Assembly: GCA_963797915.1 (NCBI GenBank)
Contig: CAWCRG010000017.1
Coordinates: 235,074-299,073 of the forward strand
Reading direction: 5' to 3'
Origin: Candidatus Sericytochromatia bacterium
Lineage (GTDB): Bacteria; Cyanobacteriota; Sericytochromatia; UBA7694
Length of the DNA stretch: 64,000 nucleotides
Shown here piece after piece: positions 36,479-45,238 of this stretch; the stretch's first letter is position 1; every line of letters begins with the position of its first letter. The position numbers and the translations under genes were made by a program. The notes beneath the pieces are model-generated. The model had not been told where the DNA came from. It ran no database searches and saw nothing but the letters and a program-made list of their open reading frames with translations.

Positions 36479-37339
36479 TTAACGCCTCAATAAACGCGGA
36501 TCCATTAAGGTTTGAGAGCGGGTAGCGGATCCAGACGCTGAAACGCTTACACCAAAGCCAATTCCGATCCCTGAGTTGCTGTCGTTATCGGGAGCGGGTA
36601 CAGCAGAAGGAGGTTGAGATGAAGGGCTGTCCTGGCCGTTAAGTTGTTGCCAGCTCAGAGCCGCTCCCCCATTCGCGGGTGCTGAACCGTCAGCACTAAT
36701 GCTGGCAATAGAGGCATAATCCTTGGCGTTGGCTTTGGCTTCAAAGGCTCCTTTAAGGGCGCCGTAAGCGGCTAATATACCGGCTCCGGCAAGGCCTGCG
36801 AGAGCAGTGATTTTTAAACCGTTTAAAAACTGGGACACGGGAATACCCTTTGCTGCGGTCTGTAGTGTTTTTTGACCCGTTTGAGCGACCATTGCACTGC
36901 CAATTGCTGCCCCTTGTGAGCGCTTCCATAGGGTGTACACGCCAAGACCTACACCGCCGACGGCAGCTACGCCCAAAACCGTGGGGCCCACATTACCCAA
37001 TATATTGCTCACCGAAGTTCTGACAAAGCTGACGGCGTTACCCAGCTCATCCAGAGCGCCGCGATAGGCACCTTCGGCGACGGAGTTGGCTTCATCATCA
37101 AAAGCCAACATATCAGCCTGAAGGCCATTGAACATAAGAGCCGGGATCTCATTTTTTTTGAGTTTGCTGATATTAATAGCGTCTCCATAGGCAACATAAG
37201 CACGACCATTGGCCTTGAAGAACACTTCATCCAAACCATTTTTCTTGGTCTTTTGGATGGCCTGCTCAATAGAAATACCGGGGCGGAGTTCTCTCACGCC
37301 CTGGACGGCAATCGATTGTTGATTAATACTTATGTTCAT
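36479..37339 (-). CDS. Glycine-zipper membrane-active protein, paralogue B (unknown family)
   Basis: Tandem duplicate of 35407-36375 with a conserved N-domain and glycine-zipper segment and a divergent C-tail. It has a similar upstream motif (cttgcttaa-aaagg-ttaa). Confidence 0.55.
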   Translation of the reverse strand: MNISINQQSIAVQGVRELRPGISIEQAIQKTKKNGLDEVFFKANGRAYVAYGDAINISKLKKNEIPALMFNGLQADMLAFDDEANSVAEGAYRGALDELGNAVSFVRTSVSNILGNVGPTVLGVAAVGGVGLGVYTLWKRSQGAAIGSAMVAQTGQKTLQTAAKGIPVSQFLNGLKITALAGLAGAGILAAYGALKGAFEAKANAKDYASIASISADGSAPANGGAALSWQQLNGQDSPSSQPPSAVPAPDNDSNSGIGIGFGVSVSASGSATRSQTLMDPRLLRR

Positions 37340-37499
37340 ATAAAAGCCCTTATAGTTATCTAAGGTGTAAGTCTTGCTTAAGAAAGGGTTAATTTATTTG
37401 GTTTTTTAAGGAGGCATCAAAAGATGTTTTGATCTTTATCAATGCAGTGATCAGGCGAATCTTGGTAAAATCGTGTTAGAATATCAATAACTAATTAAG

Positions 37500-37528
37500 T
37501 TAAAATTTAACCTGTTATTAAATTTTAA
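37500..37528. promoter_or_regulatory. Perfect 11 bp inverted repeat TTAAAATTTAA-N7-TTAAATTTTAA in divergent promoter region upstream of hemA
   Basis: Read directly. The arms are exact reverse complements, 28 nt upstream of the hemA GTG and shared with the divergent glycine-zipper paralogue B promoter. The half-site GTTAAAATTTAACC recurs at 47603-47616. Confidence 0.4.
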
Positions 37529-37555
37529 AACATTTGCAATACAAAAGAGGCATTT

Positions 37556-38911
37556 GTGCAATTAATCTTAATTGGCGTGAACTATAAAAGCGCTCCCCTT
37601 CACGCCAGAGAACAACTTTCTTTTCACTCCCGTGAAGCACAGGCCATCTTGCGCGAACTTCATGAGCAAGAGCATGTGGCTGAAACTGTTCTGCTGTCTA
37701 CCTGTAACCGCACCGAAATTTACGCCATTGTGAACGATACATTGAAAGCGCGAGAGCGCATTGTGAACGTTTTGGCGCATCATAGCCAACTGCCTGTCCA
37801 TATTTTAGAGCCGTTGCTTTATACCTTCTATAATAAATTTGCGGCCACGCATCTCTTCGAAGTGGCCGCGGGGCTTGACTCTATGGTGCTCGGCGAAAAC
37901 GAGATTTTACGTCAGGTCAAATCGGCTCAGGATATTGCTAAACAGGCGTTCACCTCTGGTCCTGTGCTCAATCAACTGTTGCGTTATGCCATCACGTCAG
38001 GCAAGCGGGTACGTACTGAAACCGATATCAATAAAGGTTGCGCTTCTATTGGCGCTCTGGCTGCCCGTCTTGTTAAAGAACACTTTCAGAATATCGCCCA
38101 GCCCCGGCTATTAATTCTTGGAGCGGGCCAAATGGCACAGGTCATGGTCAAAAACCTGGATGCCCAGGGGGCGGAGCTGTTTATCGCCAATCGCACCCGA
38201 GAAAAAGCCATGGATCTACAGGCGCTTTATACAGGCCAGACTCACCTATTGTCTCCCCAGGAGGCTTTAACACAGGCCTTTGACGTGGATGCTGTGGTGG
38301 TGTGTACCGCGGCTGAACATTATCTATTACAGGCACAGGACTGCCACGCGCCCTTGAAAAAATCACTTCTTTTGGTGGATCTATCGGTACCGCGCAATAT
38401 TGATCCCGCATTGGCAGAGCACGACAGTATTCAGTTGTATGACGTTGACGCCTTGCAGCACAAAGTCGACATGTCCATTGAAAAGCGCCGTATGTATATC
38501 GCGCAGGCCCAGAGTATTATTGGTGAAGAAACCACTCGGTTTTTGGAATGGTTTAACAATCGCGACGTGGTGCCTACCATCAAGGCGCTGTACCAGACTT
38601 TCGAGTCGATTCGTGAGCGGGAGTTAGAGCGGGGCACCGCTCGTTATAAAGATCAGATGACGCCTGAGACGACCGCCATGTTAGAGCATGTGACCCGCGC
38701 CATGGTTCAAAAAATTCTGCATCACCCGGTGGTACGTCTTAAAAATGCGCCGGTTTATAAGCAAGAGCAGTATCACGAAGCATTAAACACCCTCTTTGCG
38801 CTAGATGCGCAGGACGAAATGGATAAATTTGTTTATCATCAACCGCCCGAGCCCAAAAGCTGTCCTGCCCATGTTGTACACCATACGCCAGAGTCCATTC
38901 GTCATGACTAG
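37556..38911 (+). CDS. hemA: Glutamyl-tRNA reductase
   Basis: GTG start with AAAGAGG Shine-Dalgarno, and conserved HemA motifs (LSTCNRTE, GENEILRQV, NADP-binding LILGAGQMAQ). Confidence 0.9.
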   Translation: MQLILIGVNYKSAPLHAREQLSFHSREAQAILRELHEQEHVAETVLLSTCNRTEIYAIVNDTLKARERIVNVLAHHSQLPVHILEPLLYTFYNKFAATHLFEVAAGLDSMVLGENEILRQVKSAQDIAKQAFTSGPVLNQLLRYAITSGKRVRTETDINKGCASIGALAARLVKEHFQNIAQPRLLILGAGQMAQVMVKNLDAQGAELFIANRTREKAMDLQALYTGQTHLLSPQEALTQAFDVDAVVVCTAAEHYLLQAQDCHAPLKKSLLLVDLSVPRNIDPALAEHDSIQLYDVDALQHKVDMSIEKRRMYIAQAQSIIGEETTRFLEWFNNRDVVPTIKALYQTFESIRERELERGTARYKDQMTPETTAMLEHVTRAMVQKILHHPVVRLKNAPVYKQEQYHEALNTLFALDAQDEMDKFVYHQPPEPKSCPAHVVHHTPESIRHD

Positions 38912-39836
38912 CCCTCGGCTCGTATTGGGAACACGGGGCAGTCCGTTGGCCCTGTGGCAAACGGAACAGGTGAAACAGGCTTTGCTTAAGGTCTACCCAG
39001 GTTTAACGGTGCTGGTGGAGATTATTCATACCCAGGGCGATAAAATTTTGGATCGTCCCCTTGCCGCCATTGGAGACAAGGGGTTGTTTACGAAAGAGCT
39101 GGAGCAAGCGCTTTATGCGAAAACCATTGATGTGGCGGTACATAGTTTAAAAGATTTGCCGTCGACCCTGCCTGAGGGCCTGGGGATTTCGGCTGTTTTG
39201 CAACGTCATCAGCCCTTTGATGCCCTGGTCTCCAAGGGGGATATCTCTTTTCAATCCCTGCCCAAGGGTGCGCTGGTAGGTACGGGTAGCCTGCGCCGTA
39301 AAACCCAGCTTCAGCAATCACGCCCCGATCTCGCCTTTGCTGATTTGCGCGGTAATATTCAAACCCGTTTGGCCAAGCTTGATCGTGGAGATTACGCCGC
39401 CATTATTATGGCCCAGGCGGCGTTGGAGCGGATGGACCTGGGTGATCGCATTGCCGAGGTATTTACTGCTGAAACCATGTTGCCCGCCGTAGGCCAGGGA
39501 GCGATTGCTCTGGAGAGCCGTATCGAAGACGTTGAACTGATGGCTCGCTTACAGCATATTGCACACCCAGAAACCACGGCTTGTGTCACTGCAGAACGGG
39601 CCTATCTTAAAGCCCTGGGCGGGGGCTGTGAAAAGCCGATTGCCGGTTATGCTTTAATCCGCGAAGCGCGCCTGTGGTTGCGGGGGCGTATCGCTTCGGT
39701 GGATGGCGCGCAGATTTTAGAAGACGCTCTGGAAATTCCTTTTCCTGATCATGATTTAGCGGCCTGTGACGCCATGGGGAGAACTCTGGGCGAACGCATG
39801 CTACTCATGGGCGGTCGTGAACTTTTAGACGCTTGA
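38904..39836 (+). CDS. hemC: Porphobilinogen deaminase (hydroxymethylbilane synthase)
   Basis: The ATG overlaps the hemA stop (ATGACTAG). Conserved motifs include LVLGTRGSPLALWQTE and a dipyrromethane cofactor Cys region. The ORF track start at 38805 would overlap hemA by 107 nt, so I reject it. Confidence 0.9.
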   Translation: MTSPRLVLGTRGSPLALWQTEQVKQALLKVYPGLTVLVEIIHTQGDKILDRPLAAIGDKGLFTKELEQALYAKTIDVAVHSLKDLPSTLPEGLGISAVLQRHQPFDALVSKGDISFQSLPKGALVGTGSLRRKTQLQQSRPDLAFADLRGNIQTRLAKLDRGDYAAIIMAQAALERMDLGDRIAEVFTAETMLPAVGQGAIALESRIEDVELMARLQHIAHPETTACVTAERAYLKALGGGCEKPIAGYALIREARLWLRGRIASVDGAQILEDALEIPFPDHDLAACDAMGRTLGERMLLMGGRELLDA

Positions 39837-39918
39837 TCTAAAAAGTGTTAAAGTTTGTGTATCGCATTCCTTCAGGGAATACGTATAAGAGCAATTGAAG
39901 TAGAGAAAGCGCAGAACA

Positions 39919-40929
39919 ATGAAAACGTATACAGTCGGTGTATTGGGCGCCACAGGTCTTGTGGGCAAAGAAATTTTAAATATTTTATTGCAACGTCAGT
40001 TTCCGGTGGGTCAACTGCGTCTTCTCGCCTCAAAGCGCTCTGCGGGATCGATCCAAAGCTTTGGATCAGAGAGCATTACTGTTGAAGAAGCTACAGCGAC
40101 GTGTTTTGCAGGCATTGATATTTTATTTGCCTCCGCAGGGGGCTCCGTCAGTCGCACGTTTGCTCAGGCCGCTGTCGATCAGGGCTGCATCATGATCGAT
40201 AATACCAGTGCGTTTCGCATGCAGGACGATGTACCTCTTGTGGTGCCTGAAGTCAACGCTCACGCCTTAAAACGCCACAAAGGTTTGATTGCTAACCCCA
40301 ATTGCTCGACTGCCCAGCTGGTGGTTGTGCTGAAGCCTCTGCACGAAAAGTTCACCTTAAAACGTGTCATTGTTTCTACGTATCAGGCCGTTTCTGGTGC
40401 TGGACACCAGGCTGTTGAGGAGCTGTATATGCAGTCGGAACAGGTTTTGGCAGGGCAAGAACCCATGCCACAAATCCTGCCGGCCCCCATTGCCTTCAAC
40501 CTGGTGCCCTTTATTGGCAATTTTTTAGACAACGGCTACACCGATGAAGAAATGAAAATGACCCACGAAACCCACAAGATTTTAGAGGCCGATATACCGA
40601 CGACAGCCACTTGCATTCGGGTTCCCGTCGCTAACGGTCATTCTGAGTCCGTGACCCTGGAGTTTGCGCAACCCGTTAGCCCTGCTGAAATTCGTGAAGT
40701 CCTACGCCATACACCCGGTGTGGTGGTGCAGGATGATGTCGAAAACCATCACTTCCCCGCCCCCCGCAATATTTCAGGCCAGGACCCTGTCTATGTGGGG
40801 CGTATTCGTGAAGATGTTTCCCATCCCAACGGGGCCAATTTATGGATTGTGGCAGACAATTTACGCAAAGGCGCAGCCCTTAACGCGGTACAAATTGCAG
40901 AAAGCTTAATTGCGCAACACCTGCTATAG
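39919..40929 (+). CDS. asd: Aspartate-semialdehyde dehydrogenase
   Basis: N-terminal GATGLVG NAD-binding motif, active-site NPNCST, and a typical ~336 aa length. Confidence 0.9.
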   Translation: MKTYTVGVLGATGLVGKEILNILLQRQFPVGQLRLLASKRSAGSIQSFGSESITVEEATATCFAGIDILFASAGGSVSRTFAQAAVDQGCIMIDNTSAFRMQDDVPLVVPEVNAHALKRHKGLIANPNCSTAQLVVVLKPLHEKFTLKRVIVSTYQAVSGAGHQAVEELYMQSEQVLAGQEPMPQILPAPIAFNLVPFIGNFLDNGYTDEEMKMTHETHKILEADIPTTATCIRVPVANGHSESVTLEFAQPVSPAEIREVLRHTPGVVVQDDVENHHFPAPRNISGQDPVYVGRIREDVSHPNGANLWIVADNLRKGAALNAVQIAESLIAQHLL

Positions 40930-40932
40930 CTT

Positions 40933-42012
40933 GTGCTTGATCGTTACCTTCTCAATACCTTAATTCCACCCTTTTTGTTGGCCCTGGCTTTGCTGGGCTG
41001 CTTGATGAGTACGGGGTTTGTGCTCTTTGGTCTGATCGAAGAAAGCGCCCGTTTTCAGTACCCGATGAGCCTGGTGCTTAAGGTCTTTTTGCTGCGCTTG
41101 CCGGAAATGCTCTATTACACCTTACCCATGGCCACCTTAATGGGAGCAATGCTGGCGGTTTCCCGCTTGGCCAGCGATCACGAATGGCTGAGTTTGCGTT
41201 TATTGGGTTGGAATCTCTGGCGTTTACTTCTGCCTTTTGTGGGTTTTGCCTGTTTGACGACGGTCAGCTCTATTGTGTTGAACGAAACCCTGGTGCCCTC
41301 GGGGAGTGGCCTGGCCCGTGAACTGCTGGCAGCTGCTCAGCGGGGAGACATTAAGCTACCCCATCAGCAAAGCCACGTCTTGTTTCGGGAGACAGACGCG
41401 CAGGGACTAAAGCACTTAATTTATGCCCGCGAATCTCGTGATGGCGTGTTATACGATGTGGTGATTCAACGTTTTGAAGCCCAGCAATTGCGCGTGATTA
41501 TTCAGGCTAAACAGGCCCTTTTAGAGAAGGGGGTCTGGCAGCTGAAGGAAGGGCGAAGTCTCTACTTACAGCCGGATGCTTCGCCCAGCCAATTTTTGTT
41601 TCGTCTGTATACCTTGCCCCTGAGCGAGGCTTTACCCGGCGTGCTACAAGAGCGCCGTCAACCCCAGGAAATGAATGCCAGGGAATTAACCCAGCATATT
41701 GATGCGTTGGAGCAATTGGGCCAGGATCCCACGGCCTTACGGGTACGTTGGCATCAAAAATTTGCACTTCCGGCTGCTGCTCTACCTTTTGTGGTGTTGG
41801 GTGTCGTGCTGGGGGCCCGTACGGTGCGGAGTCGCAGTCAGAGTTTAGGATTTAGTTTATTGCTCGTCTTTGGGTATTATTTAATCATGAGTTTGGGTAC
41901 AGCGTTGGGAGATAGTCACACCTTATCACCCGTATGGGCGGCGTGGCTTCCCCATCTGATGCTCTTTCCACTTCTGTTGGGTCTGGTGCAATGGAGAAAT
42001 CAAAGGGGCTAA
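40933..42012 (+). CDS. LptF/LptG-family LPS export permease (YjgP/YjgQ)
   Basis: GTG start with N-terminus MLDRYLLNTLIPPF, a six-TM layout with a large periplasmic beta-jellyroll region, and an ~360 aa length. Confidence 0.7.
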   Translation: MLDRYLLNTLIPPFLLALALLGCLMSTGFVLFGLIEESARFQYPMSLVLKVFLLRLPEMLYYTLPMATLMGAMLAVSRLASDHEWLSLRLLGWNLWRLLLPFVGFACLTTVSSIVLNETLVPSGSGLARELLAAAQRGDIKLPHQQSHVLFRETDAQGLKHLIYARESRDGVLYDVVIQRFEAQQLRVIIQAKQALLEKGVWQLKEGRSLYLQPDASPSQFLFRLYTLPLSEALPGVLQERRQPQEMNARELTQHIDALEQLGQDPTALRVRWHQKFALPAAALPFVVLGVVLGARTVRSRSQSLGFSLLLVFGYYLIMSLGTALGDSHTLSPVWAAWLPHLMLFPLLLGLVQWRNQRG

Positions 42013-42018
42013 ATGTGA

Positions 42019-42549
42019 ATGCAAATTCGATCATCACAGCGATTACAGGGGCTTTATTATGTGGATTTACAGCAGTATATTGATCATCGCGGTTTTTTTG
42101 TAGAGACTTTTAAGCGCAGTGCGTGGTCGCATATTCCCGAATGGGGACCGGTCATGCAGATGAATTTGTCTGTCTCGTTACCTGGCGTGATTCGCGGACT
42201 GCATTATCAGGAGGGGGTGCACGCCCAGGGTAAGCTGGTGATCTGTCTGCAGGGTAAGGTCTTTGATGTGGCTGTTGATATGCGTCCCCATTCTGTGACC
42301 TATGGAGAATGGGAGAGTGTGATCTTAGAAGGCCCTGCGACAGCTGTCTTTATGGCCCCTGGCTTTGCCCATGGTTTTGAGGCGTTGGGGGAGCAAAATA
42401 GTGTGCATTATTTAATGACTGCTGCGGAGTATTGTCCAGAAGCGGAGCGGGGTATCGCCTATGATGATCCGACGCTCAATATTCCCTGGTACACCCGACA
42501 GCCTACGCTGAGTGACAAAGATCGACAATGGCCCAGACTCAGGGCTTAA
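42019..42549 (+). CDS. rfbC: dTDP-4-dehydrorhamnose 3,5-epimerase
   Basis: Cupin motifs (RGLHYQ, catalytic His/Tyr region) and a ~176 aa length. Confidence 0.85.
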   Translation: MQIRSSQRLQGLYYVDLQQYIDHRGFFVETFKRSAWSHIPEWGPVMQMNLSVSLPGVIRGLHYQEGVHAQGKLVICLQGKVFDVAVDMRPHSVTYGEWESVILEGPATAVFMAPGFAHGFEALGEQNSVHYLMTAAEYCPEAERGIAYDDPTLNIPWYTRQPTLSDKDRQWPRLRA

Positions 42550-42656
42550 TCATTTTATTGTGTCTTAACCATTTTTTATCTTTTAATTAACCAAAACATA
42601 AGTCAGTTATCACCGGGTTAACACGATAGATAAAACAGAGGAATAAGATTAAAACC

Positions 42657-43487
42657 ATGTCAACGCTGTCGATTTCAACACGACCTTCCACGACTGCCGT
42701 CATTGCTTTACGGCCCTTGCCCTCTGTGGGAGACACCCTCAATCGGGACAAGCTCAAGCCCCTTGAGCCCATTTCCGATGCGCCTCGTGTTGCCCCTGCC
42801 GATCTGGAGTGGGCTGAAAAGCTCGATAAAAAGATGGAGTGGGGCTACATCCCCAAGGCCGAAGAAAAACAGCGTTATGACAATATTGTCGCCAATTTGG
42901 CAGCCATTCGTGACGGCGGTGGCTATGTTTACGAAGACAAAACCTCTTTTAGCAGCAATCCCCAGGGTATTTCAGCCATTGGCAGTTTAGTGGGCCGAGG
43001 CCTTTCCGGGGGGTATATTGGTTATCGTTACGGCGATCGCGTGGGGCAAATCACCCTCGATACCTATAAGCAGATTAAGCTAGGCCTTGGCGCAGGTGAG
43101 CCTGCACAGGCCTGGGGTGGTTTTGTCAGTGGCTTTAAACAAGCGGGGGCGTTATCGCTCAAGGCCGGGGGTATTTCTACCGCCATTAATGCCAGCACCT
43201 CGATTGTTGCCAATGTAATTGATACCGTTTCTGGGAACCAAACCCGCAGTGAAGCCATTGGTAATGTTGCTGGAGATACCGTAGGCGGATTCTTTTCTGG
43301 CATTGGTGCCAGCCTCTTCTCAGGGACGGCCACGCTGGGCATGACCCTGGCCGGCTCAGCAGGACTACCCGTTACCATTATGGGAGTAGCCGGTGGTGTC
43401 GTCGGCTCCGTACTCATTGATAAAGCCTATAAAGGCTCTGGCTTATTTACTCTGATTAAAGCCCGCACCATGGAAGCGATTGATTAA
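42657..43487 (+). CDS. Glycine-zipper protein (third member; unknown family)
   Basis: Ser/Thr-rich N-terminus with no signal peptide, a Gly-rich middle, and a C-terminal GxxxG-rich hydrophobic segment resembling the 35407-37339 paralogues. It has an AT-rich upstream region and is inserted between rfbC and rfbB. Confidence 0.45.
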   Translation: MSTLSISTRPSTTAVIALRPLPSVGDTLNRDKLKPLEPISDAPRVAPADLEWAEKLDKKMEWGYIPKAEEKQRYDNIVANLAAIRDGGGYVYEDKTSFSSNPQGISAIGSLVGRGLSGGYIGYRYGDRVGQITLDTYKQIKLGLGAGEPAQAWGGFVSGFKQAGALSLKAGGISTAINASTSIVANVIDTVSGNQTRSEAIGNVAGDTVGGFFSGIGASLFSGTATLGMTLAGSAGLPVTIMGVAGGVVGSVLIDKAYKGSGLFTLIKARTMEAID

Positions 43488-43492
43488 AGCGT

Positions 43493-43807
43493 CTAGCCGT
43501 GGGCTAAGCGCTTCATGACGACCCGAATGGCAAGGGCATTTTCCCCGTAACGTTGATTGTGTTCTCGCTGCAGAGACGGAGCGGCGGTTTGTTGATACGT
43601 TTCTAAGGTTTCAGGGTTTTCTACTTCGTACAGCACATTGTAGTTAATACGATCAGGGTCCACGACGGGCTCTAGCACCTGCTGCATGGTGTAGCCTTTA
43701 AAATATCCGGTAGCCATCATTGCCGGAATATGGTTTTCTTGCATCCACTGTAGCCAGTCATTGGCGACTTCATTTTCAATTGACACCGTTACACTATAAA
43801 TAATCAT
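43493..43807 (-). CDS. DUF4286-like small protein
   Basis: MIIYSVTVSIENEVANDWLQWMQENHIPAMMATG matches my recollection of the DUF4286 family N-terminus. The protein is 104 aa. Confidence 0.4.
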   Translation of the reverse strand: MIIYSVTVSIENEVANDWLQWMQENHIPAMMATGYFKGYTMQQVLEPVVDPDRINYNVLYEVENPETLETYQQTAAPSLQREHNQRYGENALAIRVVMKRLAHG

Positions 43808-43866
43808 AAAGTCATGCTAACACACTGCGAAAATAAAACGGATCACTTTTTTCTAAAAAAGTTGCG

Positions 43867-44895
43867 TTAACGCCAGTCCGATAAACCATAGCGCTCATAA
43901 TGAGGAATCTTTTCATACTGTTGCTGAACGGCGGCCTGGATCCATTGCGGGTATTGTTGGTACCAGTCCAGGGTTTCTTTAAGGCCTGTTTCCCAATCGA
44001 TACGAGGCTTCCATCCCAGTGCTTTGAGCTTTTCACAATTGACCGCGTGGCGAAGGACATGACCCGGTCTATCGTCTACGGTCTGTAAATCACTGTCCGG
44101 TCGTTCAAAATGCTTAAGTATTGCTTTGCCGACTTCACGCGCGCTATGCTCAATACCTGTTCCCACGTTAAAAACGTCTCCATTCAGAGTCTCTGGTCCC
44201 AGCATCAAAAAAGCAAGCGCAGCGGCGTGATCTTTGGCGTGAATCCATTCGCGCAGGTTGTGACCGCTGCCATAAAGAGGTAGCGGATTATTTTTGAGGG
44301 CGTTGAGGGTAAAGCGAGGGATCAATTTGGTGGGGTCTTGTCGCGGCCCGTAATTGTTCACACAACGGGAGCGTACGACGGGTAAGCCAAAACTTACAAA
44401 ATAGCTATAGGCCAAAAGGTCTTGACCGGCTTTACTGGCAGCATAGGGGCTACAGGGCAATAGGGGGTCGTTTTCCTGGGACGGAATATCTTGCCAGGGA
44501 TTGCCGTAGACTTCATCGGTACTGACCAGCACCAGGCGCTTAAGTCGTGGATGTTGACGACAGGCCTCTAAAAGCAGTTGGGTTTCTAAAATATTGGTAT
44601 GTAAGAAAACCTGACTGCTTTCTAAAGAGAGGTCTACATTGCTTTCAGCAGCCAGATGAACAATGTAATCCACCGTGGGGATCAGGTGCTGTAAGGTTTG
44701 GGCATTGCCCACCCGGTCGTGCACAAAGCGGTAGCGATCGCCATAGGCGGTGTGTAGAGCGTGGTGGGTATGTAAGAAGCCCGCATAGGTCAGGGCGTCT
44801 AGATTGGTGACATGCGCTTCTGGGTAGGTGGAAAGCATGTGTTCAATAAAGTGAGAACCAATAAAACCGGCACCGCCGGTAACAAGAATATGCAT
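43867..44895 (-). CDS. rfbB: dTDP-glucose 4,6-dehydratase
   Basis: GGAGFIGS Rossmann motif, YxxxK active site (YAASKAGQD), and ~342 aa length. Confidence 0.9.
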   Translation of the reverse strand: MHILVTGGAGFIGSHFIEHMLSTYPEAHVTNLDALTYAGFLHTHHALHTAYGDRYRFVHDRVGNAQTLQHLIPTVDYIVHLAAESNVDLSLESSQVFLHTNILETQLLLEACRQHPRLKRLVLVSTDEVYGNPWQDIPSQENDPLLPCSPYAASKAGQDLLAYSYFVSFGLPVVRSRCVNNYGPRQDPTKLIPRFTLNALKNNPLPLYGSGHNLREWIHAKDHAAALAFLMLGPETLNGDVFNVGTGIEHSAREVGKAILKHFERPDSDLQTVDDRPGHVLRHAVNCEKLKALGWKPRIDWETGLKETLDWYQQYPQWIQAAVQQQYEKIPHYERYGLSDWR

Positions 44896-44962
44896 AATTG
44901 AATTAAAATAATGATCTTGAAGTGTTTAAGCTGTGAAGAACTGAATAGGTTAGTAAAATTCT

Positions 44963-44998
44963 AAATGACCTGCTAGATTAAAATCTAACAGGTCATTT
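44963..44998 (-). terminator. Long hairpin immediately 3' of tRNA-Leu (likely terminator/processing site of the tRNA operon)
   Basis: A 10 bp perfect IR AAATGACCTG/CAGGTCATTT encloses a second 6 bp IR TAGATT/AATCTA. It starts 4 nt after the tRNA-Leu 3' end and is followed on the minus strand by AGAAUUUUACU. Confidence 0.45.
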
Positions 44999-45002
44999 AA
45001 AG

Positions 45003-45086
45003 TGAGGACGGTGGGACTTGAACCCACACGAGATTGCTCCCACTAGCCCCTCAAGCTAGCGCGTCTGCCGATTCCGCCACATCCCC
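45003..45086 (-). tRNA. tRNA-Leu (anticodon GAG)
   Basis: The reverse complement folds as a class II tRNA: acceptor GGGGATG/CGTCCTC with two G-U pairs, a D-arm GCGGAATCGGCAGACGC, anticodon loop TTGAGGG, a long variable arm, and a T-arm GTGGGTTCAAGTCCCAC. Confidence 0.8.
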
Positions 45087-45094
45087 GTGGTAAA

Positions 45095-45142
45095 GCTCAG
45101 GTATTCTTTAGTGTATTGAGGGAACAAGTAGAATACCTGAGC
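45095..45142 (-). other. 13 bp perfect inverted repeat in the tRNA-Phe/tRNA-Leu spacer (probable RNase processing hairpin)
   Basis: GCTCAGGTATTCT ... AGAATACCTGAGC with a 22 nt loop, lying exactly between the two tRNAs. Confidence 0.4.
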
Positions 45143-45146
45143 AGAG

Positions 45147-45219
45147 TGCCCAGAGACAGAATCGAACTGTCGACACAGGGATTTTCAGTCCCTTGCTCTA
45201 CCGACTGAGCTATCTGGGC
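45147..45219 (-). tRNA. tRNA-Phe (anticodon GAA)
   Basis: The reverse complement GCCCAGATAGCTCAGTCGGTAGAGCAAGGGACTGAAAATCCCTGTGTCGACAGTTCGATTCTGTCTCTGGGCA is nearly identical to canonical bacterial tRNA-Phe. Confidence 0.9.
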
Positions 45220-45238
45220 GGCTGTCATTCGGGATTGA

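Noticed and set aside
38805-38903. Extended hemC start overlapping hemA by 107 nt
   Set aside because: The ATG at 38904 gives the canonical HemC N-terminus (MTSPRLVLGTRGSPLALWQ) and the classic ATGA overlap with the hemA stop.
39855-39900. Inverted repeat ATTCC-N5-GGAAT after hemC as a terminator
   Set aside because: It has only a 5 bp stem and no downstream T-tract. It is more likely chance or part of the asd leader.
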